Assembly: GCF_013315695.1 (NCBI RefSeq)
Contig: NZ_CP054354.1
DNA length: 64,000 nucleotides
Source: Escherichia coli
GTDB taxonomy: Bacteria; Pseudomonadota; Gammaproteobacteria; Enterobacterales; Enterobacteriaceae
Strand: one strand, 5' to 3'
Every line of letters begins with the position of its first letter. Within the stretch, counting starts at the first letter, position 1. Positions 27,889-37,927 of this stretch are shown in pieces. The translations under genes were made by a program, and so were the position numbers. The notes under the pieces were generated by a model that was not told the origin of the DNA, searched no databases, and saw only the letters and a program-made list of their open reading frames with translations.

Positions 27889-28466
27889 TCTTTTTTCTCC
27901 GTTTTCGGGGGATACAGGATGTCTGGTACGCGATGACTGAGTGATTCCGGCAGCGGAGCCAGCGGGAAACACTGGAAGCGGCGCGTGATCCATCCCTGAC
28001 GGTTACGGTTATCGATGAGCGTGAAGGTACGACGCTTCACGCGTTTCAGTGTCGGGGTGTCGCTTTCCATGACCGGCCAGTCTCCGGCTGTGAGTGCCGG
28101 TGTGCCGGGGACATCCGGCCACAGCCAGGTGTTGTCAGACATCAGCGCAGTGAGTGGTGCGGGCAGAAGCCAGTGAATGACATGCTGTATATCAAAAGGC
28201 GGTCGCTCCGGCACGTTAACCTGCCAGGTGGCCGTTGTTATCAGCGTGCCTGTCTCTCCGGGCAGGGCCAGGCGAATACCACTCATCTCCCCGTCAGCCC
28301 GTCTGTCACTGGCAAAAATGACCCGGGGATTAGGGGACGGTCGCAGTGTGAAGCAGGCGGACGGCAGGGTGAAGCTGAAACTGTCACCGTCCACGCGCAG
28401 TGTTTTCAGGAAGACCTGTCCCCGGGCAGGACGCCGGCAGCGGGGGGTGATATGAATGCTGTACAT
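27846..28466 (-). CDS. traV: TraV-like protein
   Basis: 206 aa; position in operon. Confidence 0.45.
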   Translation of the reverse strand: MYSIHITPRCRRPARGQVFLKTLRVDGDSFSFTLPSACFTLRPSPNPRVIFASDRRADGEMSGIRLALPGETGTLITTATWQVNVPERPPFDIQHVIHWLLPAPLTALMSDNTWLWPDVPGTPALTAGDWPVMESDTPTLKRVKRRTFTLIDNRNRQGWITRRFQCFPLAPLPESLSHRVPDILYPPKTEKKECKDNLQPHCLHSL

Positions 28467-31400
28467 CAGAGGTTATATCCCTGCTTACGGATGAGTTCTG
28501 CTGCCAGCTCATGGATGACGTTTTCACTGTCATGTGTACGGGCGCGGTGTTCTATCAGTGAGGTGGCTGAACCCCGGGGAAAGTGTTCGGCCAGGATCTG
28601 GCGTGCCCGCAGTGACCCCACCTCCTGCGTCAGCGCACGTCGCAGGGCGCTGTCTTTAGGAGAGGAGTTCAGTGCCCACAGCTCCAGTGGACCGAGGGTG
28701 AATTTCAGGATCCGGGCCAGCGTGCCGTTTTTTACACGGAACACAGCCAGTACCGGGACACCACTGCCGTCCGGTGCGGCCCCTTCCGGCATTTTCAGGA
28801 AGCGCCGCAGTGTGACTTCCGGGACGCCAAAGTTATCCCGCAGGAACGGAATTTCGTCAGGGCGGTAACGCAGCAGCCACAGGGTGTTGGCGGATTTGAG
28901 CACGGCCGGAGGATAATGCTGCAGCAGCTGGGTGCTCAGCACCGTGCGTATCCCGAACTTACGCTGCTCCAGCTCCTGGGTGTCCAGGGCTTCCCAGATG
29001 AAGTTGATCCCTTTTGCATTGTGCAGTTCGTCATAGACTTTGGTCTTGACCTCCTGATCAAGCTGTTCAATGCGGCGGAAAATCACCTCATGGTAGCGTG
29101 GGTCGAGATTTTTCCGTATTTCCTCCTGATACTGCGGCAGGACAAAATCCCCGCCGGCGATCTGCCCGGCCAGCAGATACATGATACCGGTGCGCAGACG
29201 TCCGGCAGGTGTCTTGTCCCCGGCCACATTGTTCAGATCAACGGCGACCACGCGGGTGTCGGGGCTGAGCATAAACCGGGTACAGCCGGACATCATCGGG
29301 TAGTCACTGTGTCCCTGATCGAGGGCACGGCGGATGTAGTCCAGCAACCGCTCTTCCGAGTTATCACGCTGAACGGTGCCGAACACATCCCGGATGGACG
29401 GCTGTCCCAGCAGGGCGGACATTTCAGCCAGCAGGGGCATGGCCTGGTAGTGTGCCCGCTGGGCGGCGGGGATATTCCCTGCAATATGCAGCATGTCCCT
29501 GATTTCAAACCAGGTGGCGGCATTCCACCATCCGGCATCATGTTGTTCAGCGATGCCGCTCTCTTCCAGGGCGAGATCCACCAGGGGTTCCGTACCTGCG
29601 CGGTAAAGTCTGGGGTTATTCTCGCCATATTCCCGGAAGGCCAGGTCCACCAGGCTGCTGATGATTTGCCGGGTGTCGCCGGGATTACAGGGCTGACCGG
29701 TGCCGGTATCCACACACAATGCACAGAGGACGGAGACCATGAAGTTCTTTTCCGGTGTGACGGGTTTTCTGGCCCCGTACATCACATCAAACAGGTTGCG
29801 GGTGTGGTCCGGGTCATTACTCAGAATGATCCCCACGGCTTCGTCCTTTCTCTGCTCAGGCAGGCTGTCACGGATAAGCTGTACCAGTCCCTGTGCACTG
29901 AATCCCTTGTCGATATAGGCAATGAAAGGGAGATTCTTCTGGGCTGAGGCTATCTGGATCTCCGACAGTGCGTTGATGAGTACCGATTTGCCCAGACCGG
30001 GTGCGCCGGGTGTCAGCTCCGTGTGCTTGTTCTGTTGTGATGACGCCAGCGCCACCTCCCATGCAGAGCCGTCTTCGGTGTGCATCATCAGATTTCCCTG
30101 TCCCCGCCAGACAGAGCCTGCCCTGTTCAGGGGAAACAGGGAAAGGGCGTGTGAAAGGGGCGGGTAAAGGGGGATCGGGCCGGAGCTGTGGGAGGCTGCC
30201 AGAACCGTGTTCACCCAGGCACGTCTCGGATCACCGAAGGTTGTGGTGGTGCCGCATACCCCCCAGCCTTCCAGCGCAGATTTCAGGAGAGCCTGGTTAC
30301 GGGTACAGACTTCCCGGCTGTTTCCCCATGTGGTGGCAACAATGGTCATGATACAGACCGGATCATGCTTGTTGATGTCATTCAGCATCATTACCGAGTC
30401 ATACATGGGCCGGAGAGGAGGAATAAAGCTGCTGTAGGTCAGCAGGGTTTTCTTGACCCCCAGCGCCTTCATGCCGTCGGGCATCAGATCCATCCGGATA
30501 CGCCAGGGGATTGCACGGGGCACATCCCTGACCAGCTGGTTGAATGTCCGCAGATTCTGAGGGGGCAGGGTAATGGCGACCATACCGTGCCAGAGCTCAC
30601 CGGCCTGAATCAGGCTGCCGTGTGTTTCAGGCTGTGTGGTGAATAACTGCAGATTCAGCGACGGTGCGTGGAATACAGAGGTATCCCCGCCCTGTCGCCA
30701 GCCGGCAGGACGGGCATCTTCAGGCAGATGAGGCTGCCATACTGCCGGTGTACTGTTGCGCTCCAGCTGGCGGCGGATTTCCCGTCCCACTTCATGGATA
30801 TCCATCAGGCGAATCAGCAGGCCATCAGAATCATGTGTCAGGGCCTGCTCCAGCGTGTCCAGTAAGGCGTCATGCCGTATTTTGAGGGCGGAAAGTGTCC
30901 AGCGCCAGGGATCCTGCGCAAAACGGGCTGGCGGAGCGTGTTCAGCGAGTTTCCTGACACGGGTCTGATGGTCCTTGCGATCGGTCCGGCTCAGCAGTTC
31001 TTCAGAGCTCCAGACGGTCAGCCAGCAGCGCTCCCGGACAAGCCAGGGGGTGAGTGTGGTGACTTTTTCATCCAGGACGTCCTGAAGCAGGATCCCCGTG
31101 CGTGCGATGGATTTTCGCTGGGGTAAGAGCATGGCTTCGATTTCATCCCTTCCACGCTCCGGATCGCGTTCGAAAACAAAACTGATTTTGTGGCCGGAAT
31201 TTTTCCAGGCCGTGTTCATTCGCTCAGCCAGTGCTGCAATCAGTGACTCCAGTGTCCCGGGGGCCGTCTGGTCCGGGTTTTCATCCATTTCTTTCAGGGC
31301 ACCGCTGATTTCAAAGACGGAAAGGTAATACCCCTGTTTTGTGGTGGCAATGTAGGGGGCTTTCAGCCAGGGGCGGCGTTCGCGGTCCTGCTGGTCCAGA

Positions 31401-31522
31401 CCGATGACGGTGTGCAGATCACAGTAATCGGGGAAGAATGCGGAAACGGAATACCGTGACAGGGTACTGATACAGTCTTCAATGGCAAAAATAATGCGGT
31501 TGATATTCATGGCATGGGGCAC
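28466..31522 (-). CDS. traU: TraU-like ATPase (DotO/IcmB-like)
   Basis: 1018 aa (R64 TraU is of similar size); Walker A GAPGLGKS. Confidence 0.75.
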   Translation of the reverse strand: MPHAMNINRIIFAIEDCISTLSRYSVSAFFPDYCDLHTVIGLDQQDRERRPWLKAPYIATTKQGYYLSVFEISGALKEMDENPDQTAPGTLESLIAALAERMNTAWKNSGHKISFVFERDPERGRDEIEAMLLPQRKSIARTGILLQDVLDEKVTTLTPWLVRERCWLTVWSSEELLSRTDRKDHQTRVRKLAEHAPPARFAQDPWRWTLSALKIRHDALLDTLEQALTHDSDGLLIRLMDIHEVGREIRRQLERNSTPAVWQPHLPEDARPAGWRQGGDTSVFHAPSLNLQLFTTQPETHGSLIQAGELWHGMVAITLPPQNLRTFNQLVRDVPRAIPWRIRMDLMPDGMKALGVKKTLLTYSSFIPPLRPMYDSVMMLNDINKHDPVCIMTIVATTWGNSREVCTRNQALLKSALEGWGVCGTTTTFGDPRRAWVNTVLAASHSSGPIPLYPPLSHALSLFPLNRAGSVWRGQGNLMMHTEDGSAWEVALASSQQNKHTELTPGAPGLGKSVLINALSEIQIASAQKNLPFIAYIDKGFSAQGLVQLIRDSLPEQRKDEAVGIILSNDPDHTRNLFDVMYGARKPVTPEKNFMVSVLCALCVDTGTGQPCNPGDTRQIISSLVDLAFREYGENNPRLYRAGTEPLVDLALEESGIAEQHDAGWWNAATWFEIRDMLHIAGNIPAAQRAHYQAMPLLAEMSALLGQPSIRDVFGTVQRDNSEERLLDYIRRALDQGHSDYPMMSGCTRFMLSPDTRVVAVDLNNVAGDKTPAGRLRTGIMYLLAGQIAGGDFVLPQYQEEIRKNLDPRYHEVIFRRIEQLDQEVKTKVYDELHNAKGINFIWEALDTQELEQRKFGIRTVLSTQLLQHYPPAVLKSANTLWLLRYRPDEIPFLRDNFGVPEVTLRRFLKMPEGAAPDGSGVPVLAVFRVKNGTLARILKFTLGPLELWALNSSPKDSALRRALTQEVGSLRARQILAEHFPRGSATSLIEHRARTHDSENVIHELAAELIRKQGYNL

Positions 31523-31804
31523 TCCGGTAAGGATGAATCATCACGGTCTTATATTTTTTGATGCCACAGCAGGGGATGTGGCATGAAAAAACAGCAGAGA
31601 AGATAAATAATCTGTTGAGGGGCAGGGGCGTATTTCTGTGTGATTACACCCGGATAAATAAACTGCTGGCGGCGAATGAACCGGGCAATCTCTTTTTCAT
31701 CTCCGTCAGGCGGAATATCGTCAGTCAGCGACCGGATAATAAAGTGCCGGAATGCATCTGCGGAGAACTGATATCCGGCAGAACGTCACCGGCACCGGTG
31801 TGTG

Positions 31805-32623
31805 TCACATGACGTACTTTTTGTCAGGAAACGAATCCGGCAGCAGAATGAGCGCCACCCCGTCCATTTTCTCCCTCAACGTTTTACGCTGTGCCGGCGG
31901 CCAGCGGCGCAGGGCATCAGCAAAATCCGCCGGACGCCAGGTGCGGAATTTCTCCTCAACGGCCAGACGGTTCTGTACCAGGGCATTCAGGACTGCCCGT
32001 CCCTGCCTGACCCGCTGACGGTTATCGCTGAAAATCTCCTGCAGTGCCCGCGCATTGAGGGCAACCACCGAGGCCGGATGCAAATCGGGGAGCCAGACCA
32101 TCACTCCCTGTGCGGCAGCGTAGCCGTTCAGACAGTGCCAGGCGTGGCAGAAGGCACAGAGATGAAAGGGCGGGCCTTCCGGCTGCAGCAGGTCACTTTC
32201 ATTTTCGCTGAGTGCATCCGTTGTGACGATTTGCGACTTTTCCACATGACGCAGGGCCAGTCGCCTGGCCGACAGGCGGGCCTGTGCCAGGGACCGCTCC
32301 GCATCCTGCAGGGTTCGGGTGTGTTTCTTTTTTTCGTCAGCGTTTTCCGGTACCGGACGTTTTTTCAGGCGCATCACCCGGGTGAGGTTTTTTTCCAGCA
32401 GGACGATCGTATCCCGGCAGGTGTCAGCCATCTGCTGTAATGGCCATGAATCTTCCAGAATGAAGCGGTGAGTGACGGTTCTGCGACAGCAGGGGCAGCG
32501 TCCCTCTGTTGAGAGCACTGGCGGTGGTAACAGGGCTTCACCGCTGAATACCGTGTCCGGTTGCGGGAGCGGGAAAAGCCATCGTTCCCGGACCGGGGCG
32601 ATGAGTGGCGGGGTCTTTTTCAT
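31805..32623 (-). CDS. traT: TraT-like protein (DotN/IcmJ-like, Cys-rich)
   Basis: 272 aa; CPCC and CAFCHAWHC cysteine clusters; position in operon. Confidence 0.5.
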   Translation of the reverse strand: MKKTPPLIAPVRERWLFPLPQPDTVFSGEALLPPPVLSTEGRCPCCRRTVTHRFILEDSWPLQQMADTCRDTIVLLEKNLTRVMRLKKRPVPENADEKKKHTRTLQDAERSLAQARLSARRLALRHVEKSQIVTTDALSENESDLLQPEGPPFHLCAFCHAWHCLNGYAAAQGVMVWLPDLHPASVVALNARALQEIFSDNRQRVRQGRAVLNALVQNRLAVEEKFRTWRPADFADALRRWPPAQRKTLREKMDGVALILLPDSFPDKKYVM

Positions 32624-32822
32624 ACGCTTTTCTCTCTGTATACAGGGTGACGGCAGCCAGAATCAGTGCTGCTATAGCGGTGGAGTAACACTCTGCAAAC
32701 ACAAACTCCTGATTATCCCGGTTGTCGCGGGCAATCACGTTGCCGTGCTCTGTTCTGAGCAGGGTGAAAGGGGGTAGCTCACAGGACATGGTCTGGTCCT
32801 CCTCATTGTGTGAAGACGGCAC
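32538..32822 (-). CDS. possible TraS-position small ORF
   Basis: 94-aa ORF overlapping the traT 5' end by ~86 nt; may be spurious. Confidence 0.2.
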   Translation of the reverse strand: MPSSHNEEDQTMSCELPPFTLLRTEHGNVIARDNRDNQEFVFAECYSTAIAALILAAVTLYTERKAYEKDPATHRPGPGTMAFPAPATGHGIQR

Positions 32823-32845
32823 CGGTTTCCCGGTGCCTTTGCGGA

Positions 32846-33244
32846 TTAACTGATTGAAACCGGAGAAAGACCGAGCGTTTTCTGTCCGCTGCCCATCAGT
32901 TCCGGTACGACGGCAAGGCAGACGCCGACCAGAATTGACAGCAGGCAGGCCAGCCCTGCACCGGGTTTTTTACCGATTTGTTTGAGGCCAAGCAGTCCGC
33001 CGATAAAGAGCACCAGGCCAATAACCTGACCGATAGCCACAAACGAACTGCTGGAGCCTCTGGCACCATCGCCAACGGTTTTAATCATATCGAAGAGGGT
33101 ATTTGCCATTGCGGTGTGGGGCAGCAGCATCACGGGAAGCAGCAGTAACAGGCGTACCAGCCGGTCACGGCAGGCCATCAGGCATAACTGAACATAAACA
33201 GATGCAGCGCGCAGACGCGCCGCCATGGCACGAAGTCGTGACAT
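32846..33244 (-). CDS. traR: TraR-like small membrane protein
   Basis: ORF 32846..33397; start placed at internal MSRLRAMA to limit overlap with traQ; hydrophobic. Confidence 0.4.
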   Translation of the reverse strand: MSRLRAMAARLRAASVYVQLCLMACRDRLVRLLLLLPVMLLPHTAMANTLFDMIKTVGDGARGSSSSFVAIGQVIGLVLFIGGLLGLKQIGKKPGAGLACLLSILVGVCLAVVPELMGSGQKTLGLSPVSIS

Positions 33245-33290
33245 AGTGTCTCCTTTATTAACAGATTGATTTACTGAAAAAATACAGGGG

Positions 33291-33821
33291 TCAGAAGGCG
33301 ATACCGAGGCTTGCCAGAGTGGCATCGATAACCCGGTCGTTGAAAACCAGCAGAACGCCGGCCACAAACTTGACGTTCCCTTTACTGATGGATTCACTGG
33401 CGCTCAGGGCGGTGTGCCCGTCCAGCAGTGATTTGCGCCAGATGGATATGCCGTTCATGACAAAACCGACGCCGGCCAGTTTTGCCAGTGAGAGAATGGC
33501 ATTGACGGCACCGGCAGCGGCACCAAAGGAGCCCGGCTGCACGTATGCGATGGGGGCGAAAGAATCTGCCCTGAAGCCCATCTGGGTACCACCGGCATTG
33601 ATCATTGAGGGCAGACTGACCAGCATGCCGCAGATGAAGATACCGGCAATAAATTTTCCCGGTCCCATACTGTGACGTCCTTCTGCCCGGGCGCGCATCA
33701 GATGACCGATAAGGCCGATAATCCCCAGCAGCTCTCCCCAGGTAAAGAGAAACTCCATGCCTGCACTGAAAATACCGCTGGCAAAGTTCTCTATGGCTGT
33801 CAGGGCATCAATGCTCATCAT
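33291..33821 (-). CDS. traQ: TraQ-like membrane protein
   Basis: 176 aa; TM-rich; position in operon. Confidence 0.5.
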   Translation of the reverse strand: MMSIDALTAIENFASGIFSAGMEFLFTWGELLGIIGLIGHLMRARAEGRHSMGPGKFIAGIFICGMLVSLPSMINAGGTQMGFRADSFAPIAYVQPGSFGAAAGAVNAILSLAKLAGVGFVMNGISIWRKSLLDGHTALSASESISKGNVKFVAGVLLVFNDRVIDATLASLGIAF

Positions 33822-34531
33822 CGTAATGTACCGGCAGAGGTGATGACTGCCCGGCTGGACGGGTCAATCCGAGTGATGGTGATGTTTCCCAGACTGTCGC
33901 CTTCCCGTACTGCCCAGGCACTGCCCTGCCAGCGGATCCAGGCCATGCCTTTCTCCACCGACATGATTTTCATGCCCTGCAGAGGTGAAGGCAGGGTTTT
34001 CGCAGGCTGTCTGTTATTCCCGGTCGGGGCTGGCAGTGCTCCCTGCATCTGCAGGGTATGCACCTGCTTACGGGTCTCCTCAAGCAACTGACGGGTTTCC
34101 TGTGCCCAGGCCTCATCCTTCTGAATGGCGTTACTGAGGGTGGTGATACTGTCCTTCAGCATGGTCAGGGTGCGCCGGATTTCCTCATCCCGTCTGTCCA
34201 GCTCTGCTTTCAGATCACGGGCAAGTTGCTGCATGTCTGCCTGTGGGGTAACCGGCGGTGCGGGCATGTTGTTTCCGCTCCCGGACTCCGTCATGGTCAT
34301 GGGCTCTGCCCAGCTCTCAGCAGCGGGCGGTGTGACAGCAAAGCCTGCATCTGCAGGGGGCTCTGAGGGTGTCCGCAGAAACTTGTACCAGATGGCGACC
34401 AGGATGATGAGGGCACAGCCGGCCCAGACCGGCAGGCTGTATCCCATATACTGGCGTTTCAGGAAGGATTTGCCGGATGCCGGTGCCGTCGTTTCGCCAA
34501 AGCTGCCGGGATCTTCATGTTCGTTTTTCAT
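33818..34531 (-). CDS. traP: TraP-like protein (DotF/IcmG-like)
   Basis: 237 aa; single TM then coiled-coil-like region; position. Confidence 0.5.
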   Translation of the reverse strand: MKNEHEDPGSFGETTAPASGKSFLKRQYMGYSLPVWAGCALIILVAIWYKFLRTPSEPPADAGFAVTPPAAESWAEPMTMTESGSGNNMPAPPVTPQADMQQLARDLKAELDRRDEEIRRTLTMLKDSITTLSNAIQKDEAWAQETRQLLEETRKQVHTLQMQGALPAPTGNNRQPAKTLPSPLQGMKIMSVEKGMAWIRWQGSAWAVREGDSLGNITITRIDPSSRAVITSAGTLR

Positions 34532-35865
34532 GGATAACTTTCCTGTTGTATGCCGTAGCGTTGCTGCATTTCATTCTGTTTACGGAGGACCGCCGCCCGG
34601 ATCCTGTCAGAGGCCTGGTGCTCTGCCTCCGCCTGGGTGAGCGGACGTCCGGAGGAGGGGGACTCAGAAGGGGCAGTGCCGGAGGACGGCGTACTGATAT
34701 CGTTGCTCATGACCGGCTCAACAAACAGAATGGAGACGACCTCGCCCCGTGATACTGTCACCTGACGGTAAGGTTCGCTCTCTGCCTGGCGGGTCAGCAG
34801 CTGGCTGCCCCGTTCGGCCATGCCACCTGCAATGACGCCGGCCAGCGCCTCTCCATCAGGCATTCCCACCCTGCCGGTAATACTGCCGTAGTTTCCCTGA
34901 AGGATCTGTGTGTTGGCGTCTTTGTAAAGACTTCCGACATTGCCCACCCCGCCAAGTACGGACGGCAGAACGATGTGCTTAAACCAGCGGTGGTTCACGT
35001 CGCTGGCCACGGTTGACATTCCTGTTCGTTCATTCAGGGCATATGCATTCACCTTCAGAAACATGCCCCTCCACATCATCCGGTCAAAGTGGATATCCAT
35101 TCCCTGACCTGCGAGTCTGGCGTCCTGGCTGTAGAGGACGGCCCCGGCCCATGGGCCGGCAGGTACGGAGGCCACCACACGGGAGACCGCATTGTCAGAG
35201 TCCACTTCGGTATCAATGTAGGCCGGTACGCGGGTCAGTGCCGGTATCAGCTGGATCCCCGGACGTGCTGCCGGGGTTGCCAGACTCGTCTCCTGCAGAC
35301 GGGGATGTTGTGATGTAACGGTACCGGGCGGTGACGCATGTGGGGCTGTCCCGGGAGTGCCGGTGGTGCTCCACATGGCTGCTGCCACTACCGGTGGCCG
35401 GGCATCCTGATGCTGTGTATTGATACGGGCAAGCAGTTTCTGTAATGCCTCACGCCGTTTTTCCCGGGCAGTCTGATCTTCCTGAGGGGGGGATGCGTTT
35501 TGCCCGGAAGTGCCTGACTGATCATCGGGGGGATTATCCCTTTTCTGATCGTTTCCGGTATCGGTATCCAGTCCCCGGGGCAGACTGGCGATAAACGTCT
35601 CGTTATTACGTAACGCTTCTGCAGCACCACGTTCATTGTCAGCCCGCAGTAAATCCCGGTAGTGCTGTGTCTCCATCACGTTCCGTCCGCCGCCGGACGT
35701 TGTGCTGTTGATATTGACTGACGAGAGCGATGCAGCGTTTTCGGGGGACAGCCAGGTGAGCAGCAGGTATCCGCCCCCGATGATAATCACGCCCCCCATA
35801 ACCAGCAGGGCTGACAGCTTTTTGCCGGATTTTGCGGCTGTGTCCTGTTCTTGTTCTGCGCTCAT
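34528..35865 (-). CDS. traO: TraO-like protein (DotG/IcmE-like)
   Basis: 445 aa; N-terminal TM, Pro/Thr-rich linker; position. Confidence 0.6.
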   Translation of the reverse strand: MSAEQEQDTAAKSGKKLSALLVMGGVIIIGGGYLLLTWLSPENAASLSSVNINSTTSGGGRNVMETQHYRDLLRADNERGAAEALRNNETFIASLPRGLDTDTGNDQKRDNPPDDQSGTSGQNASPPQEDQTAREKRREALQKLLARINTQHQDARPPVVAAAMWSTTGTPGTAPHASPPGTVTSQHPRLQETSLATPAARPGIQLIPALTRVPAYIDTEVDSDNAVSRVVASVPAGPWAGAVLYSQDARLAGQGMDIHFDRMMWRGMFLKVNAYALNERTGMSTVASDVNHRWFKHIVLPSVLGGVGNVGSLYKDANTQILQGNYGSITGRVGMPDGEALAGVIAGGMAERGSQLLTRQAESEPYRQVTVSRGEVVSILFVEPVMSNDISTPSSGTAPSESPSSGRPLTQAEAEHQASDRIRAAVLRKQNEMQQRYGIQQESYP

Positions 35866-35868
35866 GAT

Positions 35869-36843
35869 TTACTCCAGTTCCGGGGTGACGTGAACGGACT
35901 GACCATTCACGGAGAAGGTGAGTAAGGGGGTCACCGGCAGTTTCCACAGCCGCGTACCATCAGCCGATGCCAGCGTCTGTTCAAATTCATCCCGCAGCAT
36001 GGCCCGTGAGCGCACGAGAAGATCATCGCCGTGTTGCCAGATGGTGGTGTCCGGGACGTTACCGGAGAATTTCAGGCGGCGGATGGCGGGATCATCCGGT
36101 GGCACACCGTCCAGAAAGGCCTGCAGAGTGGCGTCATGCAGGGCAATTTTTTCTGACGGTATGGACACCACCGGGCTGGCAGGTCCCTGCCGGGGAATGC
36201 GCAGATCCAGACGACTGTCGATTTCCTGACTCAGGGTAGTGGTGTCCGTTTCACCACTGGTGATATTCAGGATGACCGGTACAGACAATCCTTTGAGATA
36301 GACCGTCACATTCCCGGCAGCCCAGGCGCGCAGGGGGGTGACGGACACCATATTGCCGTTGAACTGCACGTCAAAGTGACCGGGCGCAGCGTTATAGGGC
36401 GGATCCGACTGTGGCCACGGACTGCCGTTGACGTCCGTGAAGGTCACCACGCTGACGTTATGCAGAGCGGTACGGACAAGGGGCAGGCTGGCCCCCGGAG
36501 ACAGATTCACCGTGAGGGAACTGATACGGGGCACCACACTGGTGAGCGGGGCACTGATGGCCCGTTCGTTATCGGCCATTATCCCACGGAGTTCACGAAT
36601 TTCACTGGCATTCAGGGGAGAATCCAGCGATGCGCCTTCCTGTACAAGAGCAGCGCCGGGAGGCGGCAGGTTTCCCGGGAGTTGTGCGGCTGGCGGGGGA
36701 CCGCCTGCCGGGGTGTTCCCGGTTGCCTGTGCGGTCTTTCCGCCGGTCTGCGGGCTTCGTGCATTTTTCCAGCCCGGGTTATCTGCAGCTGTGACAGTGC
36801 CGCACACAATAAGCAGTGCGCCAATAAGATGATGTATGTGCAT
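35869..36843 (-). CDS. traN: TraN-like secreted protein (DotH/IcmK-like)
   Basis: Start moved to ATG 36843 giving signal peptide MHIHHLIGALLIVCGTVTAA; ~325 aa. Confidence 0.55.
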   Translation of the reverse strand: MHIHHLIGALLIVCGTVTAADNPGWKNARSPQTGGKTAQATGNTPAGGPPPAAQLPGNLPPPGAALVQEGASLDSPLNASEIRELRGIMADNERAISAPLTSVVPRISSLTVNLSPGASLPLVRTALHNVSVVTFTDVNGSPWPQSDPPYNAAPGHFDVQFNGNMVSVTPLRAWAAGNVTVYLKGLSVPVILNITSGETDTTTLSQEIDSRLDLRIPRQGPASPVVSIPSEKIALHDATLQAFLDGVPPDDPAIRRLKFSGNVPDTTIWQHGDDLLVRSRAMLRDEFEQTLASADGTRLWKLPVTPLLTFSVNGQSVHVTPELE

Positions 36844-36853
36844 GATATGAGTC

Positions 36854-37549
36854 TCAGATTCCTGCTGCGGCGTTACGGGAAACCATCTGGCTGATTTCCA
36901 TGCCGCCGGGTTTGATGCGGGGGTCAACGCGCCGGACAGTGATTTCAAAGGTGAAGGCCTGTTCGGGGCGGGTGCTGGTCTGACCGACCAGGCGCATCCT
37001 GACCGGATACTGGAATTTCCAGAACCAGACGCCGTTCTCCATCTGTCCCTGGTTGACCAGGGTACCTGCCCCGATAGTGGTTGTGAGGTTAAATTTCTCC
37101 TTTTTAATAGTGTCGAGAATGTTCGAGGCCTGAAGGGCATTCACATAGCCGGCAAAGCCGGCTTCGGAAAAGCGGGGGGCCTGTGTCGTGATTTGTTTTC
37201 GGTAGTGGACAAAATCGAGATTGAAGGCTTCGCTCAGCGTCATGCTGCCAAAGTTCATGACGTCGCTCTGACTCCAGGCCGGCTGGCTGGTTGGTGCCAG
37301 ACGGACCAGTCGGCCATTGTCAGTGGCAAAGTATTCGCGCGTCACGCCGGTGGCATGCCAGTACTGTATGCCATTAGCCACCAGGCTGATGCAGAGTGCT
37401 GCGCCGCTGTACAGCAACGCCCTGACCAGACCGGGTACCAGCGCGGCCCGTTGTTCTGACTGTGCGATGGTTCTGAGCACGGGGTTATAAATATCTCCGC
37501 TGTTATCCGCTTCCGGTGAGACAGGGGAGGTGGGTTGTGCTTCGCTCAT
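36854..37549 (-). CDS. traM: TraM-like protein (DotI/IcmL-like)
   Basis: 231 aa; one TM segment; position. Confidence 0.55.
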   Translation of the reverse strand: MSEAQPTSPVSPEADNSGDIYNPVLRTIAQSEQRAALVPGLVRALLYSGAALCISLVANGIQYWHATGVTREYFATDNGRLVRLAPTSQPAWSQSDVMNFGSMTLSEAFNLDFVHYRKQITTQAPRFSEAGFAGYVNALQASNILDTIKKEKFNLTTTIGAGTLVNQGQMENGVWFWKFQYPVRMRLVGQTSTRPEQAFTFEITVRRVDPRIKPGGMEISQMVSRNAAAGI

Positions 37550-37560
37550 GGTGCTCCTGT

Positions 37561-37911
37561 TCAGAGGTTGTAGTCTTTCCAGGGGTCGATATTCCCCGGA
37601 AGATGGTCATTCACCCGATCCACGACGGCATCACAGACCTGGTTTTCCAGGTCGCGGAGGAGCTTGTCCAGGCTGGGGAACTGCGGAAGAGTGATACTGA
37701 TGTCCTTGATGCGGGACAGGCAGGACTGCAGGGAGGAGGCGACGTCATTCTCCCGCTGTGACCATGCCTGGCTGGCTGTGCGCGCCCGCTCCCAGGCGGC
37801 TCTGCTGCCGGCTTCGGCAGCGGCCCCCGCCCGGCAGGTGGCGGCACCTGCCACCGGTGATGCCAGGGTGATGCCGGTCAGTATGACCAGCAGCGTTTTT
37901 TTCATGTTCAT
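37561..37911 (-). CDS. traL: TraL-like small secreted protein
   Basis: Start moved to internal MNMKKTLLVILTGITLASPVAGA (signal peptide); ORF track 37561..38082. Confidence 0.45.
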   Translation of the reverse strand: MNMKKTLLVILTGITLASPVAGAATCRAGAAAEAGSRAAWERARTASQAWSQRENDVASSLQSCLSRIKDISITLPQFPSLDKLLRDLENQVCDAVVDRVNDHLPGNIDPWKDYNL

Positions 37912-37927
37912 GGTCGTCCTTACCGGC

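Noticed and set aside
28916-29947. 343-aa + strand ORF
   Set aside because: Lies entirely antisense within traU, which has a Walker A motif and the expected size; shadow ORF.
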